64,000 nucleotides of DNA from Octopus vulgaris (GCA_951406725.2 OX597825.1:61318001-61382000); one strand, 5' to 3'. Numbered from the stretch's first letter, positions 1 through 15,167 are shown. Translations and numbers: made by a program. Notes: generated by a model not told the origin, from the letters alone.

Positions 1-344
1 TATATGAGAGTAATATTCCTTTCAGTATAGCCAAAGCCCACTTGTTGGAAGCATTACATCATTTCTATCATCGTTTTAATGTCGTCTTTCTATGCTTGCA
101 TGGGTCTGGTAGAATTCGTCGCGGTAAATTTTTCTACAGCCAAATACCCTTCCTGTCATCAACCCTGACTTATTTTTAAGTAAGGTAAAATTCCCCCATG
201 GCCGTGGCCAGATATGTTTCACAAAAGATTGGGAATGAAGGACACCACTTATATGATGATGATGCACATTTACAACTATTACACAAATGCACCCCAGGAA
301 CCACAGGCACACACACACACACACAATACATACACATAAACACA

Positions 345-640
345 CAGTGTGGTCGTTGCCAGTGCCACTGGACTGGCCCCCATGCATGTAAAAGCACCTT
401 TTGAGCATGGTCATTGCCAGTACCGCCTGACTGGCCCTCGTGCTGGTGGCATGTAAAAGCACCCACTACACTCTCGAAGTGGTTCGTGTTAGGGAGGGCA
501 TCCAGCTGTAGAAACTCTGCCAGATCAGATTGAGCCTGGTGCAGCCTCTGGCTCACCAGTCCTCAGTCAAACCATCCAACCCATGCTAACATGGAAAGCG
601 AACGTAAAATGATGATGATGATGATGATGATGACGATGAT
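345..640 (+). mobile_element. 3' UTR fragment of RTE-type LINE ending in (GAT)n
   Basis: Matches the 3' end of the RTE copy at 34203-35133 (aaaagcacccactacactc...ccatgctaacatggaaagcg) followed by a (GAT)n tail. Confidence 0.8.
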
Positions 641-1855
641 ATATATATATATATATATCAGCGTTTAACGTCCATTTTTCATGTTGGCATTGGTTGGACG
701 ATATATATATATGTATGTATGTATGTATGTATATATGTATGAATAATGGTCTCCTTTTAGTTTCTGTCTACCAAATCCACTCAGATCTTAGGGCCATAGT
801 AAAAGTAGAAGATACTTGCCCAAGATGATATGCAGTGGGACTGAACCCAAAGCCATCTGGTTGGAAAGAAAATTTCCTTAACCATACTACCATGCCCATG
901 CTTTACAAGAGCAAATAACATTAGTATTTCTTCTATTCACTTTGTGAAACAATTAATATTCTCTCATTATCATTTACTATGCAGCTCAAATTTCTTTTGC
1001 ACTCCATGCAATTTGCATCGTTTAATTTTGATATTTTTGTCTATTCTCATCTTTGCTTTGAAATTATCTTCAACTGACCAAAATATGTACTTGTCACAAA
1101 CTGTGGGTCAATGGAAATGAATGTCTTAAACATCTGCTCCACCTCTAAAGGGGTAGTTTTGTGTTAGTATTAGAACTCAGTGTTTGCACACTTCAATCAA
1201 GTTTTGAGATTTACTACTTTGAAATTTGCTATGATCAATCATTTTCATTTAGACTATTTGATCTTAGCTAAATTCTTGAAACTGTATTCTTCTTTTCTTT
1301 TAAGCATTAAGCTAATCAATCATTTTGCCTGATGCTAACAGTTTCTGGAGCAGTGTGAAAGCATTCAACAGAAATCTTCATCAAATTCATTTTGAAGCTG
1401 TTTTAATATTGATTTCTTACATAGGCTAAAATCCTACATAATTTTGGAGTGAAAAGAAACAGTTATTTATATCAATTGGAATACTTAGCTGGTTCTTTAT
1501 TTTAATGACCCTACAGGGATGAAAGACAAAGTTAACCTTGGTGGAATTTGAACTCAGAATATAAAGAACTGAAGCTAAAAACCAAAAGGTATATTGTTTG
1601 ATATTGCAAATATATTGCCCTTAGCCTGTATCAATACTAAGATATATTTCAGTCATATAAGCAATATTTTTCTTTGTTTTGCTGAGTATTTTAATAAAAG
1701 CATAAAAGATTTTATCCAAAATTTGTCTGCTTAGAAGAGATGTAGAAGTCATGGGCAGAGTTTCCTACAAGTTATGCAATTGCACATTCTAGTACATACT
1801 TTAAAACTAAGAAAGGATAACAAAGGATTTGGTAGGTAGAAAGAAGCTTGTCGTA

Positions 1856-1909
<54 letters not shown>

Positions 1910-1919
1910 CATATTTATA

Positions 1920-2110
1920 TCCGTGCCAGTGGCATGTAAAAAGCACCCACTACACTCACGGAGTGGTTGACATTAGGAAGGGCATCCAGCTGTAGAAACA
2001 TTGCCAGATCAGACTGGGCCTGGTGCAGCCTTCTGGCTTCCCAGACCCCAGTTGAACCGTCCAACCCATGCTAGCATGGAAAGCGGACGTTAAACGATGA
2101 TGATGATGAT
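1920..2110 (+). mobile_element. 5'-truncated RTE LINE 3' end inserted in (TA)n
   Basis: Near-identical to 34945-35133; (GAT)n tail; (TA)n on both sides. Confidence 0.85.
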
Positions 2111-3299
2111 ATATATATATGTATGTGTGTGTATACGTTTATGTGTCTGTGTTTGTCCCCCCAACATCGCTTGACAACCGATGCTGGTGTGTTTACATTC
2201 CCATAACTTAACGATTTGGCAAAAGAGACTGATAGAATAAGTACTAGGCTTACGAAGAATAAGTCCTGGGGTCGATTTGCTCAACTAAAATGGCAGTGCT
2301 CCAGCATGGCCACAGTCAAGTGACTGAAACAAGTAAAAGAGTAAAAGAGTTAAAGAATGGTTACTCATACAGATATGTGTATATTTTATCATATCTAAAA
2401 AAATGTGTACCAAAAAAATTTCTGTGAACACCCAGAGCAAAAACTTGGAGGAAATGTTGATTACAAGATCTATATTTCCTTCTCTAGTTAATTATTAAAA
2501 GCAAAAATCCCCCAAAGACTTCAAACCATTATTGGTCAAATATTATTAGTTTAAAATTTTGGCACATAGCCCTCAATTTTTTAGAGATGAGGCAAGCTGA
2601 TTACATCAACCACAGTGTTCAATTGGTACTTATTGTAAGGGCCACAAAAGAATGAAAGGCAAAGTTGAATGTGGTGGCATTTGAACTCAGAATGTAGAAA
2701 GCTGTAAGAAATGATTATTCAGTAATCATTGAACACCATTACCATGGAATAGCAGAAGGTGAGCTGTAGTTGACTGATTGCCTTTCAACCCATGATATTA
2801 ACTAACACTACATAATGCCACCAAATTGTGAAAAAAAAAAAGGCAGCATGAAGTACAAATTGCTGCTGCTGACAAGAAAAGTTTTGTTATGATTCTATCT
2901 TTAGATGAGGGAATGGTCAAGCCTTCTAATTAGTGACTAATCTAGTTTCTTTAGTCATGTCATTCCAGAGTCAATAACATATCATGATGTGTCAGTACCT
3001 TTTCAGTATTGTCATCACCAGTACCAGCAGCAGTACCATCATCATCATCATCAGCAGCAGCAGCACCACCACCACCACCAACACCATCATCATCATCATT
3101 ATTATCATCATCATCATTTAACGTCTGTTTTTCATGCTGGTATGAGTTGGACGGTTTGATCAGAGTTGACGAGCTGGTGAGCTGCACTAAGTTCCAGTTT
3201 GACATAGCATGGTTTCTATGGCTGAATGCCCTTGAGTGTGCTGGGTACCTTAAGCACTAGAACTGGCATGAGTGCTTTTACAAGTCACTGGTTTATGAG

Positions 3300-3965
3300 T
3301 ATCGTATCATGACAATGATGTCTCATGTCACGTCACTGTTGTGTAACATCAATACTCTATCATTGGTGTGTTGTGCCATGTCACTGCTGCATTGTATCTT
3401 GCATGTTTTGTATCCTGTCACTTATGAATTACTGTAATGACAAGTCACTGTCTTATTATCTCAGTGTCACATTGTATCATGCCAGTACCATGTTGTGTTG
3501 TATCAGTACAGCATTATGTCACTGTTGTGTCATCTTATGTAAGCATTGAGTTGTTCCAATGTCTCTTAGTTTCATGCCAATTTCACATTGAAACCGGGTC
3601 ACATAGTGCCAGTGCCTCATGATGTAAATGTCACATCATGCCAATGTTACACTGAGTCAAGTCACACTGTACCAGTCTCACAATGAGACAATGTTACATT
3701 GTGTTAGCATTAGATGTGTCAGGCTCATATAGTGCCAGTTTTACATCGTCGTCACATTTTGTCAGTGTCACATTGTGCCATATCATGTCAGTGTTTCATC
3801 ATGTCAGTGTAACATAGTGCCAGTGTCATATCATTCCAATGTCACATCATGCCAGTGACTTTACATGCTAGTGTCACATTGTATCAATGTCACGTCATGC
3901 TAGTGTCACATCATGCCAATATCTCATTGTTTCAGTGTCCCATTGTGTTCCTGTAATGTCAGTGA
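3300..3965. repeat. Degenerate minisatellite, unit about 16 bp (gtgtcacatcatgcca-like)
   Basis: Dozens of diverged tgtcaca/tgccagtgtca motifs in tandem. Confidence 0.7.
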
Positions 3966-4645
3966 AATGTCAAGTTGCAGCATTTGTGTAATATTGGTGT
4001 CATATATGAAAATAAAAAGACCAAAGTATACGACCGAAATAATTCATATCCTTCAATAAATTCTAGTAATATTGAAAGGACTGTAGCAGAGTGAGAGAGA
4101 GGAAGAGAGAGGATGAGAAAAAGAGAAGGAGAGAGAGAAAGAGAGAGAGAAGAAATAGATTGTGGAAGGAGAAAGGTATAGTCTATCACAGTTAGAGTGA
4201 GAGATATATAGAGAGAAAGATATGTAATCTGTCAAGGAGAGAGAAAGAAATGTACTGTATACGAAAGAGCTGAAGAGAGAAGTGTAGAGTTTATGAATGA
4301 GAGAAAGAGAAATGTATAGTCTGTCAAAGAGAGTGAAGGTGAGAGAAAGAGAGATGTATACTCTATTAGAGAGATATAGAGGTATTGAAATTTATACCCT
4401 AACAGAGAAAAATGGTTATATTCTCAGTTGAACTATGACCGAATTTAATATTTATTTCAACCTAAACATTACTTCAATAGCTAATCAATACTAATCAATA
4501 CTAATCAATACTAGTTTCTCTCATTGACACATATGTCACAAATGCAGAAAGATTAAGATTATAGTGAATGGAAACTTGATATATTTTGTCGAACTCCGGT
4601 ATAATGCAAAAGTACGCTCAGTGGAATTTGAACTTCGAATATGTA

Positions 4646-5001
4646 GGTGTAGGAGTGGCTGTGTGGTAAGTAGCTTGCTTACCAACCGCATGGTTCCGGG
4701 TTCAGTCCCACTGCGTGGCACCTTGGGCAAGTGTCTTCTACTACAGCCTCGGGCTGACCAAAGCCTTGTGAGTGGATTTGGTAGACGGAAACTGAAAGAA
4801 GCCTGTCGTTTGTGACCTCGTGTGTATCGTTGGCGACATTTTTCCTCCGTCTTCCCCACCTTGGATCTTTTCTTTTCCTATGTTTCTGATGAAGAGCTCC
4901 GCTTCTTTCTTTCCTTTCCTGAACGTCCAATAACACTACACTTGTTCCACGTCCTCGCGTTGTTGTGTTTTCTCTTTGTATTTTCATGTTTGGATTAACT
5001 T

Positions 5002-5044
<43 letters not shown>

Positions 5045-5260
5045 ATGCATATATATTTGTGTGTCTGTGTTTGTCCCCCAACATCGCTTGACAAATGATG
5101 CTGGTGTATTTACGTCCCCGTAACTTAGCGGTTCGGCAAAAGAGACCGAAAAAATAAGTACTAGGCTTATAAAGAATAAGTCCTGGGGTCGATTTGCTCA
5201 ACTAAAGGCGGTGCTCCAGCATGGCCACAGTCAAATGACTGAAACAAGTAAAGAGTATAA
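4646..5260 (+). mobile_element. tRNA-derived SINE family A, interrupted by a foreign fragment at 4810-5002
   Basis: Box A-like tggctgtgtgg and box B-like ggttcagtccc; colinear with the uninterrupted copy at 51377-51797. Confidence 0.85.
4810..5002 (+). mobile_element. Probable Penelope-like terminal fragment with partial hammerhead core
   Basis: Absent from the other family A copies; CTGATGA at 4886-4892 followed by a short hairpin (agc-tcc-gct) but no GAAA; abuts (TA)n. Confidence 0.4.
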
Positions 5261-5987
5261 AAGGATGTAACTAAGCACTTTTGGATTTTTTTTTCTAGTA
5301 CTCAAACAATGACTGAATAACATTAGTATTACATTGGTTTATTTAATATTAGTATCTCTCTACTGGGTGTTTCACAGACTCAGAGTCATAGAGATTACTA
5401 CTTTATTATGTTAAAGATTCTGAACATCTGCCATGGTTTTCACTATATTTTCACAGTTCTGTTAGAAAACTAGCCAAGATTAGATCTTGAAAGCCTCAGT
5501 TTCCTTCAGCATTTTTAATGTGTAGGTTACAATCTTATCTTTCAAGATATTTTCTTCCTTTCTGTATTTTAGTTTTTGGTTAGAAATGTTTATGATAGAA
5601 AAGGGAAAAGTTTGTTTCGTTTGGTATCTTTTGACCTTTTTCAACCAATCAAAAGTGTTGATTCGCCCTTTCATGACCCTATTATCCATTCCATAATTCA
5701 TTCTGATATGTTCAATTGTGAAAACAGATAACAAGGGAGGTCATTTGGAGCAGTCGGTGCCAGGCATCTAAACAGAATGCTTCATTGCTGACTGAACTTA
5801 ACAATAAGCTGACAACAACGCTGGTGCCACGACCTCTCAACTATACTTCACACCACCACTACCACTAACAACACAGCATTAACCACTACAGTACCACCAG
5901 CAACAGCAACAATGACAGTCACCTTTAGTATCCCCACCTGGACAACTGCTTTAACCTGTTAGGTAATGAAACTGCTATATTTGTTAC

Positions 5988-6220
5988 CTATTTCTTTACT
6001 ACCTCTCAAGGGGCTAAACATAGAGGGAACAAACAAGGACAGACAAAGGGACTAAGTCGATTACATCGACCCCAGTGTGAAACTGGTACTTTATTTATCG
6101 ACCACGAAAGGATGAAAGGCAAAGTCGACCTCGACGGAATTTGAACTCAGATCGTAACGACAGACGAAATACCGCTAAGCATTTCGCCCGGCGCGCTAAC
6201 GTTTCTGCCAGCTCGCCGCC
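5988..6220 (-). mobile_element. tRNA-derived SINE family B, full length
   Basis: Reverse complement reads ggcggcgagctggcagaaacgttagc...gagttcaaattcc...gtcgactttgcctttcatcctttc...agtaaagaaata; many copies in the window. Confidence 0.9.
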
Positions 6221-6393
6221 ATCTCTCTGTTACCATTTCTCTGCTGTCCCATTTACAGTTCACATATCAATCAAATGCAAATACCTACTAAAATTACATT
6301 TTATCTTTTATTTTCTTACTTGTTTCAGTCATTGGGCTGTGGCCATGTTTGGGCACTACCTTTGAAGGGATTACAGGAACAATTTAACCCCTA

Positions 6394-6791
6394 TCTTTAT
6401 ATATAAAAGTGAAGTTGTGTGTCTGTCTCCTGCGATTTAGATTCCTAACTACTCCCACATTTTGCGGTGCAGTGTAACCAAAAGCAGGTATCTTATAGTC
6501 GTGATTCATATCGAGCCCTTCTGGGTATTAACGCGCATCTACGATGAGTCTACGATTTTAAAAATAATTTACCATAATTTTTTTCCATTTTAATGCATTT
6601 TTTCGCTATTATATAAGGGAAGTAACTCTATTAAAATGTCTACGATGAGTCAACGATTTTAAAAAAAATTTACCATCAATTTTTTTCCATTTTTAATGCA
6701 TTTTTTTGCCATTTTTTGGCTATAACTCTCTAAAAATGCTTATATAGTTATTTCCCTTACAAACCCGAGCAACGCCGGGCGATACTGCTAG
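6394..6791 (+). mobile_element. Non-autonomous Helitron
   Basis: 5' TC (tctttatatataaa), subterminal hairpin cccgagcaacgccggg, 3' CTAG, sits between host A and T with no TSD. Confidence 0.85.
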
Positions 6792-6796
6792 TTGTT

Positions 6797-7215
6797 TATA
6801 AAAATCAAATGGATATTGTAGTTGTGATACCCGTGCCAGTGGCACGTTGGGCCTCACAGAGGCAATGACAAAAGACTGAGACCTCTGAGATATGCTGTGA
6901 CTGTGAAGACCCGACAAATAGAGTGAGTTCATGGCTCACAGGGTGGCCTGCTGTGCCATCCTTGGATCGTAGGGTGACCTGCTGTGCTTGAGGAGACCTA
7001 TTGAGTCAAGTACATCAACATCAAAATAAAAATCAAATGGAAATTGTAGTTGTGATACCTGTGCCTGTGGCACGTAAAAAGCACCATCTGAACGTCGCCT
7101 TGACTGGCATCCGTGCCGGTGACACGTAAAAAGCACCGACCGATTGTGGCCATTTGCCAGCCTCCTCTGGCCTCTGTGCTGGTGGTCCATAAAATGCATC
7201 CAGTACACTCACAGA
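6797..7215 (+). mobile_element. Internal 3' UTR fragment of the RTE family
   Basis: Repeated gtggcacgtaaaaagcacc motifs shared with 34740-34980. Confidence 0.7.
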
Positions 7216-7257
7216 ATGGGTTTGGTAGATAGAAACCAGAAGAAGACCATCATATGC

Positions 7258-7289
<32 letters not shown>

Positions 7290-7720
7290 ATGTATGTATG
7301 TATGTATGTGGTTTGTCAATAAAAAAATGCCAATCTAGGATGGTGGTTTGGTGGAACTACAAGAACATTGAATCAGATAGCCTTCGGTATTTTTGTTCTG
7401 ATCCCTTGCGGTCTGAATTCAAATTTCACCATAGCCTACTTGTGTAGTAGACTTAATCAATGGGTCCTCAAGTTTAGTACCACCATCTGACACTGTTTAA
7501 TTTTAGTGGAGACTACTCAGTACAAGCATCCAGACCTGGCCCCTGATTTGAGAATACCCGTTTCCCTTCTTCCCACATGTCTTGAACACTTGGAACAAGA
7601 GTCAGGAACAATGCTTTTCCTGTCCTAACACAAATGTTTAAAATATAATCCTCCATGCATAACCATCCCCTTATATCACTTGCTAAGTGAAGCTAATTTA
7701 CCCAAAGTTTCCATTATTTG

Positions 7721-7721
<1 letters not shown>

Positions 7722-7773
<52 letters not shown>

Positions 7774-7804
7774 CATAAATACATATATATGTACAAATAC
7801 ATAC

Positions 7805-7859
<55 letters not shown>

Positions 7860-7860
7860 T

Positions 7861-7906
<46 letters not shown>

Positions 7907-7915
7907 TCACACATA
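7722..7915. repeat. Compound (TA)n/(TACA)n microsatellite
   Basis: Direct reading. Confidence 0.95.
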
Positions 7916-8819
7916 TACTGATTGTCATTGTTAATATTTCATCAAATCTCTCATTTGTTACTAATAGAATTATTATAATATTCTCTCTATTAGTCAAGCC
8001 ATAAATACTTTTCTTTTTAATATTGAATTATTCTGAGACATATCTCACCATTTAATGAATCTTTCCATGTCAGTGATTTATGTAACAGAATGAGCAATGT
8101 GCTTGATTACAGTAACTCTTAATGTTCATATGAGCAGATGATGTATAGAAGAAAGAAGGAAAAAAAAAACATTGATGTTTGGTGAAGACATTTCAGTTGG
8201 AAAATAAATGGTTTCTGTCAAAGATGACAAAAAAAGGCAAGACCATTCTGGTATAAATTGACAGATGTGTAATAAGACACATGGTTATTAGATATTTCTT
8301 TATGTGATATGAATTGGCCATAATAATGTTCTATGGCTTTCTCTTATAAAGTGTTTGACCATGAATAATTGAAAAGACAGCAACTTTAGATGCTAGCTGA
8401 TATTCCACTGACACCCAATCAAGGCAAGAAAATAGAATATTGAAAACTGATAGACTAAGGTAGGAAGAACTATAAGTAAAGGGAAATGTAATCTGACCTT
8501 TAGTTGCTTCTATTGAAATATTTATCAAACACAAACAGTAGAATTTGACCATTTCTTTTGAGGGTTACTAAAAGGATATTAGCAAAAAAAAATATCTATT
8601 GTAAGCTATATTACATAATTTTCATCTGAGTGTGTGATTGAGATCTTCATGTTGTTTACTCTGCACTCTGTACACAATATGATTATTGATCTTTGTAAAA
8701 TAAAAACAAAACTCTAAGCTACAAAGCATGGATATATTTAGGAATTTGTCTAATTCATGCCAGCAGGGAAAACAGGCGTTAAATGATGATGAAGTTGATG
8801 ATGATGGTGGTGGTGGTGG

Positions 8820-8867
<48 letters not shown>

Positions 8868-10289
8868 CGACGATGATGAAGACGACGACGATGACGACAT
8901 GAATGATGATGATGATAATTATCTTCTGCAAACAGCTGCAACTGAGATGTATTTTACAACACCATACTAGGAATCTCTGTTCCCCATCAGCGTTGGTATG
9001 ACTGAAATTCCATAATGTATCTTTGCCAACAAATTCCATTTAGTTGAATGATCTTCATTCAGTATTAGGATGTAGGGGTCTCCAAAATAAAGTGTTTGAC
9101 ATAGTTTGTTATTCAGCACAACAGCAGAGGCAAGCAAGGCCAACCAACCCTGTTTATCTACTTTGTTAAATTGAACACCTTTAGTTAGGTTGTCCCTAGA
9201 GCTGGTGTTACTCGGTGCAGTATCCCATGGTGTTGCCAATTTTCATGGACATTATTTGCAACAATGCATACAGAATCCTTGGTAAACATTTTTGTGTGTA
9301 AGTGACATAAATCTCACTTCCCATATATCACTGAACACAATGGCAACAGTAATGACACAAACAACTAGCAATTTTTGTTTTTAAATTACATCTCTTAGTT
9401 ACAATGTCATAGACACAGCGAAAAGGTTTATTTAGATTTACAGAGTTTGTTATGGTTGAAATGAAAATGCATAGAAATTTCGCTGATTTTTAACATTCTG
9501 ATTCCTTGTTACATTATATATACTAATGGACTAGATATACTTTTTACTATTTTATAATTTATATAAAAGAGAAAAATAAACTCACTCTAGTCCTACCCTC
9601 TGACATAATGTCACCCTATGTTGTCTACACCTTCTGGTATAGTCCTCATCCCTACCGGTAATGCCAGCGACTTTTAAGAAGTGATTTTTGGGGTCATTTA
9701 TATGGTTCACCTAAATGTTCGATACTTTATCAACTTTGATAATTTACCAATTCATCGGCAACAAAATATTGTGTTTGATTCTCCTCTGTGTTTTTTAAAA
9801 TTTTGTATCAATGGAATTTCCATAACTGGTGGCTTTTCATTCTTGTCATAACAAAAAATATTAAAAAAACAAAAAAAAAAAAAAAACTTTCAATTGAATT
9901 TTTATTACTCAATTAGTTCATTACTAGTTTGATTATTCATTTAATAAATTAATTACTTGTGAAAATATGGATGACACATCTTTCGTGTTTGCATTTTCTA
10001 CTATGGAATAAAAAAGAAGCCTTATTAGCCTTGATTGTTTTTCTAAAATGCAAATTAGCTTTGTAATTACGAATCAGAGTGAAATTCTTAAAAAAGCATA
10101 CTACACCATGTATATTAAAATTTAAATGGATACATGAACCAATGACGGCAGTTGGTGGGTAGGAGTCTCTAAGTGGTTATTTGGTTTACTGGAAATAGAT
10201 ACTAGATTTTCCAGCAGTCACAAACTTCCTCTCTTACAAAATAAACAAGGAAGATATGCAATGCCTTAATAAGGTCATGGCTGGGATGC

Positions 10290-10582
10290 ATTGGTGACAT
10301 GTAAAATGCAACCATGCTGGTGACATATATAAGGCACCAGTGCCACTCACACGTAAAAGGTACCCATGCCAGTGGCATGTTAAAGGCACCCATGCCAGTG
10401 ACATGTAAAGGGCAGCCATAACACTCTGTAGAGTGGTTGGCACAAGGAAGGGCATCCATCCATAGAAACCAAACCAAAAATCAGACTGGATCCTGGTACA
10501 GCTCTTCAGCTTACTAGTTCCAGTCAAACCGTCCAACCCATGCCAGTGAGGAAAATGAATGCTAAATGATGGTGATGATGAT
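10290..10582 (+). mobile_element. Older RTE 3' end fragment
   Basis: aggaagggcatcc...aaccgtccaacccatgccag and (GAT)n remnant. Confidence 0.7.
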
Positions 10583-10817
10583 TAATTGAAGTTGATCTGA
10601 GATAAGCTGCATGACAAACAGATACAGCAGTACAATCCTGGATGAATGAAAAAAAAATGAAAACAAAAAGCATTGAAACATCTATGGTATCAAAAAAGTT
10701 TTGATGATTTAATGAGACAGCATCTGTGTAGTTAACTGACCTGCTAGAAATATGAACCAAATTACCTTAATTGGAGATGTTAGTTCCGTCAATCCAAACT
10801 GGAGAGTTTTATATAGC

Positions 10818-11214
10818 TTTTAACTGTTTCAGTTATTAGGCTGTGGTCATGCTGGGGCACTATCATGAAGAATTTTTAGCTGAATGAATTGACCCCAGAA
10901 CGTATTTTTTTCTTTTAAGCCTGGTACTTATTTTATCAAGTTCTTTTGCTGAACTGCTAAGTTATCGGCTCATAAACATACCAACACAGGTTGTCAAGCG
11001 GTGATGGGGGGAGGGGCAAATGTAGGCACAAAGATGTATACACACATATATGACTCGCTTCTTTCAGTTTCCATCTACCAAATCCACTCATGAGGCTTTG
11101 GTCAGCCTGAGGCTGTAGTCAAAGACACTTTCCCAAGATACCACACAGTGGGACTGAACCCAGGACCATGTGGCTAGAAAGCAAGCTTCTTATCATATAG
11201 CCACGTCAGCACCT
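10818..11214 (-). mobile_element. SINE family A, diverged full-length copy
   Basis: Reverse complement colinear with 51377-51797. Confidence 0.8.
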
Positions 11215-11607
11215 GTATGTTACATGCACTTTTAATTGTTTGAAAATGGGTGAGACTACCAAAATAAATTATTGGCATTCAAATAGGAGTTTGAGTGTCT
11301 GGGCTGTGTAGTAAGAAGTTTTCTTCATGAACACAGAGTACCTGGTCAGATGCTGCAGTGCAGTGCTTTAGGAGACTGACTTCTGCTGAAATAACCTCTG
11401 TTTGACCTATATCTTATGAGAGGAATTTTGTGGACAGGAGCTATGCAGAACACTATTATATGTATGTAGGCATTAATTATATATTACACATTTCATTTCT
11501 CCTTTGTATTATCTTACATACATCCATTTGATGACCAAAAGGCCTGTTTCCATTGTGTGTGTATAACTATTCTTTTTCTGTTGTTTTTGTATTATTATTA
11601 TCATTAA

Positions 11608-11680
<73 letters not shown>

Positions 11681-12029
11681 TGTTGTTGTACACATACAAT
11701 TGTTATATTATTTTAGTTTGTCTTGTTTGTTTTCATCCTTGTTGTTTACATTCGTTAGCTATTCCTAGAATCTTCCTGCTCTGGCACTGCCAAGATGGAG
11801 TGGTATCAATGTTAAAAGTGTGAAGCCACTAGGATGTCTTGGACATTGACTGATGAGGAAACAGCAGCAAAATTTCCATGTACTATGATTTTGTCTAATT
11901 TACCATTTGTTATGTTTTGCATATATATATATATCAGTGTGTGTGTGTGTGTATACATACATACCCACATACATATATGCATGCATACATACATACATAC
12001 ATACATACATACATACATACATACATACA

Positions 12030-12061
<32 letters not shown>

Positions 12062-12348
12062 CATATACATACATAAATACACATACATATATTCATATAT
12101 TCATATACACATATATTTGTGCATATACATATATACAAACAAGCTGGGGGTTTTCAGAAAAAAAAAACAGCTAGCTAATTCGCACATTATAAATACAATC
12201 AGTAAGTGGAACAGCAAAAATATGTAAGACTTTTCTCAGGTTCAAAATATGAATTTGTTTTTGTTAACTACATTCCAAAATGGAGCTTTGTGTCTTGTAT
12301 TAAAAATCACTCCTTCCATATACAAATATTTCAAATAATCAAAAATAG

Positions 12349-12415
<67 letters not shown>

Positions 12416-13910
12416 ACACACACACACTAGTATATTGATAAATAAATTTCCAACATTGTTGAATTTTAGCATTTTATTTTATTTTGTTTGCTGCATCTCA
12501 AATACTTTCATATTTTACAGCAATCTTCAGGTAAATATTCATATAGCAACAGTAGCTATATCTAAGGGAATATTTATATACCAACAGTAACTGTAACTAG
12601 GTAGAATTGTTGCATAGCTTAAGAGCGATAATGTTTAAAATGCTTACAGTAAGAATTGCAACAGCTTTTGAGTGAATGAAATTTTTAGATTATATGAAAT
12701 TAAAATTAATATATTAATATTATAATCCATTTATAACTGCCTTAAGCTCCTCCATGAAATTCTGTTCTTTAGCTCTTTTAATTTCATTTGGATCATAAAG
12801 TCTATAAAATGGAAATATAAAAAAAATCATTTCTATATGTTTCCAAATGTGTACTTAATGGAATCTGTCTAGCATTACATCCCTAATTCGCTGTTGGTGT
12901 GTTCACATGCAATCTAATAATGAATTTTCAACTGAGTCAATACATATTTTATCACGATTTGGTTGTTTGTAAAAGTTAATCAGATTTCTGCTTATACAAT
13001 ACATATTTGTATTTGACAATAAATTTTTTACCAATCTATGTTCATATAATGTCCAGCATATATAAACTGACATGTATCAACAATTATCACTGTACTTAGT
13101 TATTGTGAAGTACCTGAACTTTAAACCATACCATTCAGAACATACAAAATGTAACATTCCATACTATGTAACCAGGTATATTTGTACTGTTACTGATGAT
13201 ATAAATAACAATGAAGAATGACTCACAGAACTCAAAAGAATTTCTACTTAAACATAAACTCTCAACTTTGCATACACAAAATAATGTAGAACGTGCAAAA
13301 CAAACACATACAGAACAAATTTGAGCAATCCAGAAAAAGGAATCGAAACCTAGATATAGTAACTGTTCCACTGACAAATAATCCATGTTATCAGAATATT
13401 TCTAACATTGCTGAATGAAGCTTGCCTGAATCAAAGTAATAAATTAAAGGATTTAATTGCCAGTTAAACGATTGTTTAAACACATAATTCTTGAAAACTA
13501 TGAAACAGTTGTAGATAAAAACAAGCATTTAATATAAACAGCTGTGACAAAGCTTTACTGTGTCTGAGAGCACTGACAATCATTGGGTACAAGTTAATTT
13601 ATATATGATGATCATTATATGAAGACAAAGAGTAGAAAAAAAATTACTAAAATGCAAAAGTAAATTGTAAAAATCTGACTTTAACAAATGACAAGTAATT
13701 AAGATATATGTATTGGCCAGATGGGAAGCTGTTTATCAGAATGCACATCTTTGAAGTGTGCTTAAAGTCATTATCGCGTCTTGAGATGCAGTGCCAAGTT
13801 TCAAAGCAATGAATATATTTTGACACAAATGAAAATTAAATGTTGAAGTGAAACTAATGGTTTTTGTGTGTTCTTGAATGGTTTATAAATATCTTACATG
13901 CTGCAATTGT

Positions 13911-13998
<88 letters not shown>

Positions 13999-14120
13999 AT
14001 ATATATATATATATATATAAATTAGAAAAAACGCCTTTTTCTCAATTCAAAATGAAAAATAAATTTACTATATATAAAAAAAAACTATGCATATTATATA
14101 TACATACGAACATATATAAA

Positions 14121-14165
<45 letters not shown>

Positions 14166-14241
14166 GCTCCCCAGACCCCAGTTGAGCCGTCCAATCCATG
14201 CTAGCATGGAAAGCGGACGTTAAACGATGATGATGATGATG

Positions 14242-14272
<31 letters not shown>

Positions 14273-15039
14273 TGATGTGTGTGTGTGTGGTGTGTGTGTA
14301 CAACACAGACTCCAATCATATTTGAACCTGAAAATACTTCAAATAGTTTCAGAAGCGTTATACACATCTCAGAACTTCTTACTGACTTCTGAATAATTTT
14401 ATTTTGAAATATAAACAAGGGCATAATAGCAAGATTTTGCCCTCTGCTCCACTTTGGAAGAAAATAATTCTTTGCAAGAACAAGTTTAGACGAGGATGAT
14501 CTGCCCCAAAACAAGTAAAATATTAAGGATGAACATGATGTATGTATATTTTTCCCCTAATGTATATTGGTGGCAAGTGTAAATTTTGGATTAGAAAATT
14601 GAAATATCAAAAGTGCTTTTCAAATGAAAAATCCTATGTGATATTTGTTCTGCCCCAAATTACAGAAGCTTTCTTGTTTGTGTTCCTAGTCAGATGCCAG
14701 AGTCAGTGATTAGCCTACTGCAGACCTGTAACCAATGACACTTTTGCTTACCAATTGCAAGATAAATTATAAAAAAATAAAATAGGACCAGAACTGATGA
14801 TAATAAATCCTGATAGTATTTTTTTTTGTCTCTGAAATATTTCTACTTTTCCCTGCTTCCTCATCACATATTTGCCATACTATAATATATTCATTTTTTA
14901 AACTTTTTCTGTTCAGTATTGATGTATGATAAACTATATATTAGGAATTTTTTCTTTTTTTTTATCTACATTTTCTATGCTGCCACATATATTATTCCAG
15001 AACCCATTAAAAGTTACTTTAAAAATGTTGATCAACCAC

Positions 15040-15089
<50 letters not shown>

Positions 15090-15115
15090 TAATAATAATA
15101 ATGAATAATGAATAA

Positions 15116-15167
<52 letters not shown>

